A model generated the notes under the pieces. The model worked only from the letters and a program-made list of their open reading frames with translations. It searched no databases and was not told the origin of the DNA. A stretch of 64,000 nucleotides of DNA from Eledone cirrhosa. Taxonomy: Eukaryota. Every line of letters starts with the position of its first letter. The stretch's first letter is position 1. Positions 1 to 13,626 of this stretch are shown in pieces. Where the stretch lies: assembly GCA_964016885.1 (NCBI GenBank), contig OZ024745.1:100502001-100566000 (forward strand). Reading direction: 5' to 3'. The position numbers and the translations under genes were made by a program.

Positions 1-2058
1 AAGAAGTTGGCGCTTGTCGTTGGTGGTCTGGTGGGAGAGGCGCAGACATGCACCATTCCCGACAGATCCATCCACGACAACCTCCACCTCATGCGATACA
101 TCGTAGAGAGGGTAGCTAGGGAACCTGGCACGGGTGGGTCTTTGATCAGATCAATTTAGATCATCCGAAAGCTTTCGATAGGGTCGCCCATCGTTACCTA
201 GCGGCAGTCCTGAGACCGGCTCGCTTTGGGCCCGTCTTCAGAGGCTGGATCGCTGCCATGCACAGCGACATCTGCTCTGTGGTGAGAGTGAACGGTCACC
301 TTTCGGAACCGTTCAACATCATGCGCTCGGTCCGCCAAGGATGTCCCCTCTCGTCCCTCTTGTACGTATTGACTCTCGAGCCATTACTGCACAAACTGGA
401 GACGTTGAGAGGGGTCCCGCGCGAACTAGGATGCGGAAGATCCGTGTCAGCATATGCGGACGATGTCACCGTAGTGGTGTCGAACGCCAAACACATCGAG
501 GCGATCGGCACTACACTAAGAGAATACGAAGCGGTGACAGGAGCAATGATCAACCAGGAAAAGTCAGTGGGCCTGCAGCTCGGCACCTGGAGAGGCAGGT
601 CCATGCCGTCTAACAGCGTCGTCGGGCGCTGGACGGACGGACCGGTTAAATTGCTAGGGGTCTGGTTCGGTCCGGACCTCCAGACTGACAAAAACTGGGA
701 CGAGGTGACGAGCAGGGTGGCTTCTCTCACTCAGAAATGGGCCGAGAGGAAACTATCCCTGAAAGGTCTAGCGGAGGTGGCTAATGGGTACATCGCGTCC
801 GTCATCTACTACCGCCTGACCGTCGTACCTTGTCCTAATCCCCGCCTGACTGCGCTGGAGCGTTTGCTCTTTCGCTTTTTGATGAAGGGACGTGCTCCGA
901 TGGTCAGGCGGTGCATCTGATGTCAACACCCGCTACGTGGAGGGCTGGGCATGCCGTGGCTGATGATGCGCAGACACGCACTCAGGCTACGACATCTCCA
1001 CCTCTTCCTCGACGGTGATCAGGTGTGGTCGCCGTTTGCTAGACGCGTCTTTCCCCAGCTCGTCTCCTTGACGGAGCTGCAGTCCTGGGTCAAGCGAAGA
1101 CCGAGAGGGAGCGCTTGGAGTCTGGAATGTCTTCAGGCGCTCGACCAATCGGGCAATGTGATCGGTGGAAACTCCACCTTGGCGTTCTATAGAGGATTAG
1201 TGGAGGGGAAGAGCGACGACGTACTTGGGGAAAATCTAGGCGTCGACGAAAATCAACTAGCCAATCTCTTCGGAAGAACTTTCGGGCCGGGGCCTATGGA
1301 CAACTTCCACAAATCCCTGGCCTGGCAGTGCTACCGAGGAGCTTTGCCAGTTCGGGATAAACTCTACAGGCATGGAGGTGCCGTCAGCCGGGCATGTCCG
1401 AGATGCGCGCAGGGCGACGAAACCGTCCTGCACGCACTCGTCCAGTGTCCGAGCATTGCTGACTTGTGGGTTTATGTCGAACACCTGCTGTCGCGTATAG
1501 GACGGATCCAGCTATCAGCTGAGTCCATCGTGAGGATTGCCCCGCCCTCTTCCTTTAGCCGGGAAGGGCAGGCAGTTTTTATCTTTCTGGTGGCCATGGC
1601 GGAAGAGATAGCATGGTGGACAAGTTTGAAAGGGCTGAAGACGAGCACTTACCTCTTCGGTGATGCCCTGATTAACTTTTTCAAATTTCATTTGAAAAGG
1701 AAAATCAGGGTAGAGAGGGAAGTGCTCTCTTCCAGGCATTTTGTTGAAAGATGGGTGAGAGAGGCAAGAATGGCCCGAGTGAATGGGCCTACTCTGAGTA
1801 TGTGTCTGTAAATTAAAGGTAGAAAACTGGGAGAGGGCACTTGCCCTGGTGGTCAGGGTCACTGTGGCTTTTTAATGGGCTTTCTCCACGAATGCCCCTC
1901 GGAATTCTCCCCCATATTGGGGAATTTTTTCATTGTTCTATTATTATATCATCTGTTTTTTGTTTTTTTACACGCAGAAATGCCCTTTTGTACCATCCAG
2001 TATTGTCCTGTACTGTCCTTAATGTCTACTTTATGTAAACCCTTGTGGTTAATAAAGA

Positions 2059-2059
<1 letters not shown>
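1..2059 (+). mobile_element. Tx1/L1-clade LINE, 3' portion (RT, zf-RVT-like CCHC region, 3' UTR), inactivated
   Basis: ORFs 258-920 and 951-1811 are in the same frame, separated by one TGA. RT motifs RQGCPLS and YADD; C-terminal RACPRC..ETVLHALVQC; AATAAA at 2051 followed by an (AAT)n tail. Confidence 0.9.
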
Positions 2060-2091
<32 letters not shown>

Positions 2092-3311
2092 TATTATTAC
2101 AGTTGCATTTATCTTGCTTTATGTTCATACGAGTTATCACCAAGTCACAAACAGTGACCTCAAGAGACAACAAAGTCCGCCATGTTCAAGAAAGAACATA
2201 CATATACACACATGTATCTTTAGGTGTTTAGAATTGTAATGTACTTATATTGACAGAATCTTCCTTAGTATATGGGCAGTTCCCATTAGTACTGTCTTTT
2301 ATATTTCTCCTATACGCGGGCTTCCTGGGATTTGCGATAAGTAATTAGACCCCTTAGGTATCATTTCTAGAGCGCCTACAACCACTGGTATTGTTTTAGT
2401 TCTCAATTTCCACATTTTTCCAATTTCTGTCTCCAGCTAAATTTTTCAAATGTTTTTATAGATACATTCTTGTCTATTGGAACGGACATATCAATTAGCA
2501 GGCATACCCTCTTTTTAAAGTCCTTCAGTATTATATCAGGTCTATTTGCATCTATTTTTCGGTCTGTTTGGATGCTAAAGTTCCACAAGATTGAGATGTG
2601 ATCTTTTTTAAGTATGGGAGGTGGTTGATGCTCCCACCAATTCTTTTGATGGGGCAGGTCAAAATGCTTACACATTATCCAATGTATGTATTGTGCAGCT
2701 CTGTCATGCCTGTTTAGGTATTCGGTCGGAGCTGTAGGACTGCACATTGAAATTATATGATCAATGGTCTCTGGCTGTGTTTTACATACACTGCATAATG
2801 GGTTGCATCCATTTTTTATTATTTTGGCTTGGTAATTTTTTGTTGGCAGACACTGATCTTGTGCTGATATAATCAATCCTTCAGTCTCCGATTTCAGTCC
2901 AGAGGATGCCAACCACTGATGGGTTAAAGTTTTGTCAACATCAGGATTGTTAGCTCGTTCTGGGTATTTTCCATACAGAGGCTTTTCTTGCCATTTCTTA
3001 GCCAGTTTCTGTAGCAGTTCTTTCTTTGATTTTTCTGTGTTTTTCATTTCAGCAGTAAATGGAACTTCTGAAATTTGTAGTCCATTACTGTATATTTGTG
3101 CATCTTTTGTAATGGAGTATGATCTTTTGATGCTTTCGTGTTTCAAAACGAGTTTGATCATCCAATCATGTGATTCCCTTACATATGTAGATAATCCAAT
3201 TGTTGCAGTTTTCAACGCATTATCTAACTGGAGTAACCCACGTCCTCCTTCTTTCCTAGGGAGATATATTCTATCTGTATCTGCCTTAGGGTGATGCATT
3301 CTGTGCATGGT
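2092..3311 (-). mobile_element. R4/Dong-like non-LTR retrotransposon, 5'-truncated (CCHC plus restriction-like endonuclease)
   Basis: HPKADTDRIYLPRKEGGRGL, GLKSETEGLIISAQDQ, CSVC..ETIDHIISMC..RHD and NRPDII..IDMSVP motifs; flanked by (TAA)n on both sides. Confidence 0.85.
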
Positions 3312-3315
3312 TATC

Positions 3316-3350
<35 letters not shown>

Positions 3351-3351
<1 letters not shown>

Positions 3352-4590
3352 GTTCTTTGAGTCTCAGTCATTGATGTTATTTAACTGGAAAGTTTGTTAA
3401 AATGAATAACAAGCCACTACCAGCAGCCTCAGATATTCAGGACGTATCAGCGGTTTCTTGCTGTTTCCAGCAAGCATTCCGTTTGAAGTGTTCCAAAAGC
3501 GGGGCGGGACCAATTTTCTTTAACCATCCTTGAAACTCTTTGAGATAGTACCTAGTGCGCCTATGACAATCGGGACCACTTTGACCTCATGGCAGTTCCA
3601 AATCCTTTTTACCTCCCACTTTAAGTCCTGGTATCGGTTAATTTTCTCCCTCTCCTTCTCTTGCACTCTCGTGTCGAATGGGCAGGCTACATCCACAATC
3701 AGGCACGATCTTTTTCCCTTGTCCAAAACCACCAGGTCAGGTCTATTGTGTTCCAGTTTCTTGTCCGTTTGTATCCTAAAATCCCACAGCACCTTCACCC
3801 GATTGTTTTCCATCACCGACTCTGGCTTATACTCATACCACTTCTCAGAATGTGGTAAATTGTTTACTTTGCATAGGTGCCAGTGGATCACCCTGCCCAT
3901 CATGTCTCCAGCCTTTATAGTGGGTCTGGGCTAGGTGTTTACACTCGGATACAATGTGAACCACAGTCTCCTCTCTCTCCCCACAGATCCTACACAGTGG
4001 GCTAACCTCCTTGTAAATTTGGTGTTTCACCCACTTCGTTTTGAGGGCCTGCTCTTGCGCAGCCATTAGCACTCAATCTGTAGCCTTTTTAAGTTCTCCT
4101 CTTTTTAACCAGTTCCATGTCTGTGGATCTCTAAATTCAGTTTTCTTAAAGAAGGTACTATGAAGGGATTTTTCATGAAGGTTGCTCTTCCTCCTTATTG
4201 TTATTTCCTCCTTGGACATCCCCTGGTTTATTGTCTTCTCCTTCAGTACAATTCTGAGCATTGACTCCCTACTGTCAGTCACGTATTTGAGCAGGTTGAT
4301 TTTCTCCATCTGAACAGAGTCCTCTATGTTGATAAGACCTCTTCCACCTTCAGATATCTTTAAGTAGAGTCTATCGACATCACTCCTCTTGTGGAACATG
4401 TTGTAGATAGTCAATAGCTTCCTAGTCTTCCTATCCATTTCTTTTTGTTCAGCAACATTCCATTTCAGAATTCCCGCACTGTACCTAATAATAGACACAG
4501 CTCGGGAATTCACTGCACTTATGACATTCCTACTATTTAGATGTGATTTTAATACGCTCCTTACTCTCCTAATGTACTCAGATCTTATCA
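3351..4590 (-). mobile_element. Second R4/Dong-like fragment, frameshifted, with (TAA)n tail at 3318-3350
   Basis: ORFs 4073-4513 (SDVDRLYL..GGRGL), 3845-4072 (CRIC..ETVVHIVSEC..RHD) and 3520-3903 (HNRPDLVV..VDVACP). Confidence 0.85.
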
Positions 4591-4654
4591 GTTACCAGTA
4601 GCAACATGTATCCTAGTACACACACATATATATATATACATATATACATACATA

Positions 4655-4944
4655 GAATAAGAAAATGCGAAGTCGTTTCAGATGTTAAAGCTCTTTATTG
4701 GTAAGGCTGTGATGCATATTTCAATGACGACAGTGGCCATACAATTCCACGTACCCTGTGCCATGATCTCATCAGACAGCTTCTTTCATAATAAGGTTAC
4801 GTTCCCGAGGTAATCCGAATTGAAACGACAAGGGAATGGACAAAGACTGTTCTTAAAGCCTTCGCCCGTTCCCTTGTAAGCCCCAATCCACCTTCACAGC
4901 TTTGCGCAGGCGCAAATGTGAAGGAAGTTGACCATCTAACTACT
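4655..4944 (-). mobile_element. HHR-bearing repeat (PLE pLTR-like, family A); homolog at 61589-61880 (+)
   Basis: Reverse complement aligns by eye with 61589-61880; embedded in TA/CATA repeats. Confidence 0.7.
4706..4780 (-). ncRNA. Type I hammerhead ribozyme (family A)
   Basis: GCTGT-CTGATGA-[long, imperfect stem II]-GAAA-TATGCA-TC-ACAGC; stem I GCTGT/ACAGC; palindromic ATGCAT at stem III. Confidence 0.75.
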
Positions 4945-5593
4945 ATCCCAATATATACATACATATTTTACTCTTTTACTCTTTTACCTGTTCCAGCCAT
5001 CCCGCTGAGACCATGCTGAGGCACCGCCCTTGTGTATACATACATATATACATACACACAAATACACACACACACACTCATACACACATACACACACACA
5101 CTCACACACACACATATACGTTTCTGTATTTCTTCTGCAATATTTTTGTATGTTGCCCTACCTATTTCGGTGATCCACTGTTTTATCAATAAGATGAAAA
5201 CAATGAAAATGAGAGTGAATCGAGTGATTTTTGGTTGCTATTTTAAACATGTTGAGTGATCATGTAGACGCTTCCTCGTTTTACTGTTGTAAGCGAGAAG
5301 GGAAGGCCGTTTGACATATATTTTATCTTAGTTATTCTAATCTATTATATCAAAGTTGGTGTTTTCGATGTGTAAAATATTGGTGACCCTAGAAACAGAG
5401 TGGTAAAGGTTTATGTGTGTGTGTTTGTGTTTGTGTATGTGTGTCTTTGTATGTGTGTGTGTATGTGTCTGTGTGTGTATGTGTGTGTGTGTGTCTTTGT
5501 TTGTGTTTGTATGTGTGTGTGTCTTTGTCCGTGTGTGTGTGTGTGTGTGTGACGGAGATATAGTGAAAAAGATTGAGAGATCGAGAGATAGAG

Positions 5594-5665
<72 letters not shown>

Positions 5666-6729
5666 CTTGATCTCAGTACTTGACTGATATTCGTTTGTTG
5701 ACACCAAATGTATAAAAAGTGAAGTTGACGTCAATAGAATTTGAAGTCAAAGCACAAATAGCTGGAACGAATGCTGAACGACTATAACTCTTCACCACAT
5801 TAAAGATAACGCAAGAAGAAAAAAGAAAAATTAAAGAATAACGTATTTTGATAAGTGTAAACATAAATAATAATATAATCTGTCATTATCAAATGGAATC
5901 TGTCAAAATAAAAAAAGATCCATAAATGATACATCCGAATCTGAAGGCTGCGAATAATAAATAATAAAGACTGAACCGAATACAAAATTAAATAGAAAAT
6001 AAAATATATAAAAATGGGCATTATCAAGTTTTTGAACATCTTTCCTGCAAATAAATTCGTAGCTGAGTGAGATTTGGATTCTGTACACAAGAATATATCA
6101 TAATAACCTGAAGTAAAATAGTTTGGAAGGAGTAAAGAAAATTAAATTGGGAACTTGGCCAACTGGGAACATAACTTAACTATAAGACCCCCCCCCCAAA
6201 AAAAAAGGACTAGATTTGGACAGTCAATTATAATATCCTGGTTCTTGACTAGTATCTTATTGTGCTAAAAGACTGAACGTAAAGGGACGTTACTAAATAC
6301 CACATTTCATTTCATCCATCACTCTACAAATTCTATCATTCTATCGCTCTTATATATAATATTGATTTTTGGCGTTATATCAAGGCTTCAAATTTATATA
6401 TCATTGTACCTAATATCTATTTTATTTATCCCGTAAGCATGAAAGCCAGTTTTGATCTCGGGTAGAAGTTGAACTCAGAATGTAAAGGGAAGCAACTAAA
6501 TCCTGCAAAGTACTTTTTCTAACGCTTTAAATATTCTACCAATTTAGCATGCCTTTACTATGAAGAATATTACCACATTTGTCGTATATATAGAATAGTG
6601 GTGAATTCATTGGTGGAGACGTAATATGAATGCTTCTTTCTAAGTTCCTTCACATTGCTAATACCAAGGGACAGGACAAATAGATTGAATTACATGACTG
6701 ATACTTGATTTATCGATCCCAAAATGAGG

Positions 6730-7410
6730 GTTTCTAATTTAAGTACAAGACCAGCAATTATGGGGGAGGGGAAAGTTGATTGAATCGACCCCGGTGCATG
6801 ACTGGTACTTTATTTTATCGTCGCCATAAGGATGAAAGATAAAACTAACCTCGGCGGGATTTGAACTCAGAACATAAAGGGGCGTAACTCGATGTCGTGA
6901 AGCAGGGTGTCCGACACTCTACCGATGCTCCCAATACACCGCCCTTACCGATCCCAAATTAATGATTTCTATTATAGGCACGAGGCCAACAATTTTGTGG
7001 GGAAGGGACAGTCGATTAAATCATCCCCAGTACATTACTGGTGCTTTATTTTATCGACCCCATAAAGTTGAAAGGCAAAGCAAACCTCGGCAGGATTGAA
7101 CTCAGAACGTAAAGGGCTGTAACTCTATTTTGCGAAGCAGGGTGTCCGACGCTCTACCGATACACCACCTTTACCGATCCCAAAATAATGATTTCTACTA
7201 TAGGCACAGGGCCAGTAATTTCTTTTTTTAGGGGGGGGGGTCGATTAAATTGACTCCAGTGCATTACTGGTGCTTTATTTTATCGATATCGATCCCCAAA
7301 ATAACGGAATATAATCTTGGTCTTCTCGAAATTTGAACGCAAAGTGCAGGTAGAAATACTGCAAGGCATTCTATCCGACTCTCTAACGACTCTCCTAATT
7401 CAACGCCTTG
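6730..7410 (-). mobile_element. Head-to-tail cluster of tRNA-derived SINEs (2 full copies plus partial and degenerate copies)
   Basis: Repeated GAGTTCAAATCCCGCCGAGG (B box) and TTTCATCCTTA..GTCGATAAAATAAAG cores, separated by a repeated TTACCGATCCCAAA spacer. Confidence 0.8.
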
Positions 7411-8134
7411 TCAGTGGGATGTAAACTTAGAATTATGCATTAGCTAATGTAATGTAGTGACACACCTTTAGTATTCTAATATGTCAATATTTTCTTTCCA
7501 CATTTAAAAAATGTATTTGTCAATTGGTAATAATATGTATTGGGAATAATATTGAAGGAAAAATAGGAAAAAGAAAAAAAATAGAGATAGAAAATACCTC
7601 GCTATTGATGTGTCACCATATTTTATTCAGTAACTCATAATTCTGTGTTCATATCCCGCTGACTTTACATTTCATTATTCAGTTTCGAGGAAAATATATA
7701 TTCATAAAACACTATTACCGATTCGACTAACTGTGCCACTTCCGCTATTGGTTTTGTGTATATGAAAAGAAATATTACACGACACGAACAAAGAAAAAAT
7801 AGTTATGTTATATACCTAAAAACAACGTGCGGGTTTTTATAATGGGTTTATTGATTACGGACGCACCGGAAAATACAGAAATAACACACCAGAAGACATA
7901 ACCCTAAGAAAACCAGTCTACGAATTTGAGAAAAAATAGAAAAATTGAAATTTTCTATACAAACTTTCTATTTAATCAGTAAATGGATACACGTACAATA
8001 TATTACTTAAAAATAAAATAAAAAGGATTACTAGTCCTAGGTTTTAAAAAACCGCAACATCACATCTAAAGCAAACATAGAATTTCTAATTACATATTTG
8101 GACTTTTGTTTCCTAATTATTTATTGATATAGAT

Positions 8135-8494
8135 CAGGGGTGTGTAACATATTCCATTGGCGGGCCACTTTTGAACATTGGAACAACTATTAGTGCCATT
8201 AATAGTTATTAAGCAATATTCCAAAGATTCACCACAACTTCTTTCCATAACATGGAACTGGGAAATTATAACACACATAACCCTATCAGTGAAGCCCTTT
8301 AGAATAGGTCAACTAACAGAAAAGTGTATTACGGTTACGAAAAAAATTCTAAATAATTCTACAAGGTAAAAATTAAAAACAGTCATCGCGGGCCACGCTG
8401 ACTAGTATGGCGGACAAGATTGCGGCCCGCGAATTACTCTGACTGGTCTGGCGGACCAGATTGTGGCCCGCGGGCCACCTGTTGCACGCCCCTG
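8135..8494. mobile_element. hAT-type MITE
   Basis: TIRs CAGGGGTGTGTAACA / TGTTGCACGCCCCTG; 8-bp TSD ATATAGAT at 8127-8134 and 8495-8502; GGCCCGCG subterminal motifs. Confidence 0.85.
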
Positions 8495-8639
8495 ATATAG
8501 ATAATTTCACAAAAATGCCTCAGTCGACTGAAATTGAAAATAAAATGAATGTTAGGAAAGGAAGGGTTTAACCAAAAAGTTGAAGAGAAGAAGAAAAGGC
8601 TCAGGAATAAGAATTCATGGTCAATTTGAAAGAGATACA

Positions 8640-9325
8640 CATGGTGGAGGCATTACCAGTTCAAGATAAACTCTACTGACACGGAAGTGCCTCCAGTCAG
8701 GCCTGTCCGAGGTATTTGCAGACAGACGAAATCATTTTGAATTTATTCGATCAGCTTCCGAGCATTGCTGACCTATGAAATTTGTCAAACAAATATTGTT
8801 GAGTTTAGAACTGATCAAAATATCGGCCGGATCTGTCAAGATGATTATCGCGCCATCTAACCGTGATTAAGAGGGACAGGTAGTCTTTCTGCGCCTAGTG
8901 GCTTTGATGAAGGAGGTAATATGTCTGCGATTAAAAGAACTGGTGACAGATATTTTCCTCCACAGTTAGGCTTCCATCGACTTTCGAAATTTCCACTGGA
9001 AAGAAGGTGATGGAGAGAGAGAGAGAGAGAGATGATGATGATGATGATGATGTCTTTCCTTAAATTTATTTGAAGGTAGGTGAGAATGGCGCGTATGACA
9101 CAAATGAATGTACTTGTATGCCTGAAAATAAAGATGGGAAGGCCATACCTTGGTATTCAGGATAATCCAAGATCTATGTGGTTTCTTGATTAGTCGTAGG
9201 TGATTGTTCTTTCTATTACAAATCTCTTAGATTATTGATATTATATTGTAATTGTCTTTTTTGGCTCAGTGTGTCTCGTTCTTGTATTGTGCCCAATGTA
9301 TTGGGTTCTTGTGGCTAATAAAAAT
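8640..9325 (+). mobile_element. Old degraded copy of the Tx1-like LINE 3' end
   Basis: Colinear matches to 1355-1800 (GATAAACTCTAC, CCGAGCATTGCTGAC, GGGACAGGTAGTCTTT); AATAAA near 9317. Confidence 0.65.
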
Positions 9326-10312
9326 ATTTATTAAAATAAAGAAAACATTTGAATAAGAAAAGTGTAAATTATAACAACAACAACATGATACAAATATATT
9401 GATGCGTAACTTCTTCCTTAATTAGGCAAATCTGAAATAACCACCACTTCAGTGCAATAATGAGGAACTTAGACATTATTTTGCCATGTCGCTTAAGGAA
9501 ACGAGAATATTTTCCTGTTAGCATGTTTGGGATTTCACTTAAAACAGAGAATGTAACGAGAGAAACTATTTCAGAACATCCGTATTGAAGTCGTGACATT
9601 TCACCGGTACTTACCATTTTGTCGGTATCAAATGATAGACAAATTAAGGCCTGGTTAGTAGATGCAATTTATTAAGGACAGAATAGTAAAATGTGTGAGG
9701 AAATTTAGTCTTGGGAGACTAAGTGGAAAATGAAGAGAAAGAATATCAAGCATGGTGAGTTGGAGAAGAGAATAAGAGACGAAAAAGAAACAAAAGCAGA
9801 ATAAATAAATGACTAAATAAATGAAATAATTAGTGTAGTAGAATTATGCCGACGAAAGAAATACGAGGCTGGTTTAATGTTATATATTGTTGATTACTTT
9901 ACTTGTAAAGTAACATAACATAATTTGTGTACTCAACTACCCGATATAGGATTTTCCGAATCGTATTGACACCTTTTCGGGGCCATTCACTTGGTGTTGT
10001 CACTGAAATATGACCTTCATTTGTTTTCGAAAGCAGGAAACCTACTCGTAAGTTATAAGAGATACAACGCTAAAGTCTAGTGAAATACTAGGAAGTGAAG
10101 AGAATTGTCATGGAAAATTTGATAGCACTTACACTGATTGTACTGCATTATCCCTTACGGTCTGAGTTCAAATCTCGCCGAGGTTAACTTTGCCTTTCAT
10201 CCTTACGGGGGTCGATAAAATAAAGTACCAGTAATGCACTGGGTAATTGCTGGTCTTCTGCCAAAAGTAGAAACAACTATTTTATAGAATTATTTACACT
10301 TGAAAGACTACT

Positions 10313-10362
<50 letters not shown>

Positions 10363-10880
10363 CACACACACATATACAAATACATATGTATATACATACA
10401 TATACATATATATGATAAATGCAAACTCTGCTAAGAGTTTTGCAATCGCTTGTCAGATTCAGATGTGTGACGCTCGAATGTGGCTTTTCAAGCCTGCTAG
10501 AGACTTGCACTCCTTCGCACATTGACAACTACTTTGGATCTCCTTGGCCTCAGGTCTTGCATCAGGTTACCTGTGAACTTTCATAATACCGTGGAGATCA
10601 TAGTTCACTGGTTCTCTTTACATTGTATAGTTTAAGTTTAACTAACAACTAGCTGGGATCCAGTTATTCCTATCAGCAGGAGTTTTATCGATTCATTTTT
10701 TAACCCTTTTTTTTACGAGCTTATTGTTCAGATTTCATTATGACCGTGTGCATGCGTTTTGCACTTGGTTGTTCATGAAAAAACAAAAACAAATTAGTAA
10801 TAAAAAAAAGTTAGAACTGAAGAATGAGGTGTCCTAAAGAAACTGACACACCCTGTACACACAAACACACACAAACATGC

Positions 10881-10930
<50 letters not shown>

Positions 10931-12379
10931 GAAAATTAACAAAAAGACAAGACAACGAACGGAAACAAAACAAAACGAAAAAAATTTAAGAGGTACTCTT
11001 AAAAATAATAAAAAAAATTAAAAAAATACAAACGAAGGACACAGAACTTCACGGTCATCAGCCGTTGAGATGGACTTTGGCAGTTTCGACCCATAAAGCA
11101 AAAGAAACCACTTACAAACAAGGAAAACAAAAGAAATGTGATCTTGTGCTAAACTTTTATTGTTATCATGATTTTTTGGTATTTAGTTACATACCGTTAC
11201 CAGCATCAAGAAAACCATTTTCATCCGTGATAGAGTTTCTTCGAGGTCAAACAAGGAAAACAAAAGAAAACAAATTTAAAATGTTTATCGGGTAATATTA
11301 GGAAAAACATTTATTTACAGATAGTAACTGGAGATGAAAGGAGGAGTTTGAAAAAAATCTTAGTTTGGGAAATCTTAGGTGGGAAATCTGCTTTTCTATT
11401 TGGAAAGCGTGGGATAGGTAAGTGTTTTCTGGTGTGAAGAAAGGTTGATAGAAACATTTTTTAAGAAAGTCACTGGCATAGTCTTATGCTGCAGATGCAG
11501 GGGTCTACCACCACCTGGGTATTTAGTACCGGAGGCTAACACTTCCAGTCATGCGCCCCATTCTCCCGAATAAAATAATTTCAACGAATAGTCTGCCAAG
11601 CTGACAATCTATGTTTGACACTTTTTGCTGTAGTCTTACAAAAAAAAAAAAAATACTAAGATTGCATTTTCTACTACACAGTTCAGTCTCCATGCCAAAT
11701 CATCTCACAGGTTATAACACCATTCAACCCTCCGCCAATTTCGAGATTTCCACAATTCTGATACGCGGTAAAGTTGTTTAGTGATTTATTCATTGATCGC
11801 GGGAAATTATTATATATTTAAGTTAATTATACAAATTTATATAAGACTGTAATTTTCTAATGTTTGTAATACGCTACTGTGAGGTCTCGATCCTAGGAGA
11901 CTGTTTAATTGGTCTAACGGTAGCGCTGCTTTCAGAACATTTCCAATCCGATACATTAATGACAGATACTGACATTGCACGAAAACTCTCACGAAACGGT
12001 ATAATGCTCCACTTATTGTTAAAAGTAATCTCTTTGATTTCGTTGAAGTTTTCAAAGGCAAAATGTTATGTGTGTGTCTAAAAGAGTGGATAACTACTAT
12101 CGTAAAGCAACTATAATTAAACATGATTATATAACTAACTCTCTCATTAAATAGTCGAAAGATAATTAAATAATTGATGTTTTCAATAGAATTGGTTGCA
12201 TGCAGTCCCTTCTAAAGCATGGATAATCCTTTTGTTATTCCAATTGATTGTATAAAAAGCAAATTTTATTAAAAGAAGTTCTTAAGATTTAGTAAATGTT
12301 TTGAATTTTAAAGAAAATATATCGTTTTACAAATTTGTAAGTAAATGTCTTAGAACCACTATTCCTTCTAAGTTGATAT

Positions 12380-13025
<646 letters not shown>

Positions 13026-13086
13026 TATAGATATAACGAATGAAACAGTTCTAGTCTTGTAGAAGCCATTTCTATATTAAACATTA

Positions 13087-13247
13087 TATATTTGAAAAAA
13101 GGGAAAAGAATGACTTCACTTGTAGTGTTAAAAAAAATGTTGATTTAATTTTATAATAGCCAACTCATAATATTATAATATTATAAAATTAAATCGAACA
13201 TTTTTTTAACACAAGTGAAGTCATTCTTTTCCTTTTTTTCAAATATA
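13087..13247. repeat. Fold-back inverted repeat with arms of about 70 bp
   Basis: TATATTTGAAAAAAGGGAAAAGAATGACTTCACTTG... is mirrored by ...CAAGTGAAGTCATTCTTTTCCTTTTTTTCAAATATA. Confidence 0.8.
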
Positions 13248-13538
13248 CCTAACTGTACCAAGGATCTCACACATTTTCCAATATATATATATATATATAT
13301 ACATTTAGAAACACACAGATACATGCGGGGACACACATATATACATGAATGCATCCGCACCCAACTGTGAGTTAAGGGTGCCAACTTCACCGATGTTGCT
13401 CAATGAATGACTGGGACAGACCAATTCAGTTTGAACCAGACTGAACCAGTATCAGAGTTAAAAATACATTATGAAGAGAGAAGAAACATTTAGATATAAT
13501 TAGTAATAAAATGTATCATACCTAAACTGTTCCTAAAT

Positions 13539-13626
13539 TCCTCGACTACGTAGTTTCGTGGCATAAACAAAAACAATATATCAAAGATATAGAGTCCTTG
13601 CGAGGTCTGCCGACTTATCAAGAGGA
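13539..13626 (-). ncRNA. Type I hammerhead, U3-A8 core variant (family B, unit 1)
   Basis: TCCTC-TTGATAA-GTCGGCA..TGCCAC-GAAA-CTACGTAG-TC-GAGGA; palindromic stem III. Confidence 0.8.

Noticed and set aside
918-920. In-frame TGA in the Tx1 ORF as possible selenocysteine or readthrough
   Set aside because: The copy also appears frameshifted near 145; a simple nonsense mutation is more parsimonious and no SECIS was recognised.
9369-9650. Other possible minus-strand exons (9615-9650, about 25020-25135, about 26900-26970, about 29930-30078)
   Set aside because: Splice signals and short open frames are at chance level in AT-rich DNA, and no coherent gene model could be built.
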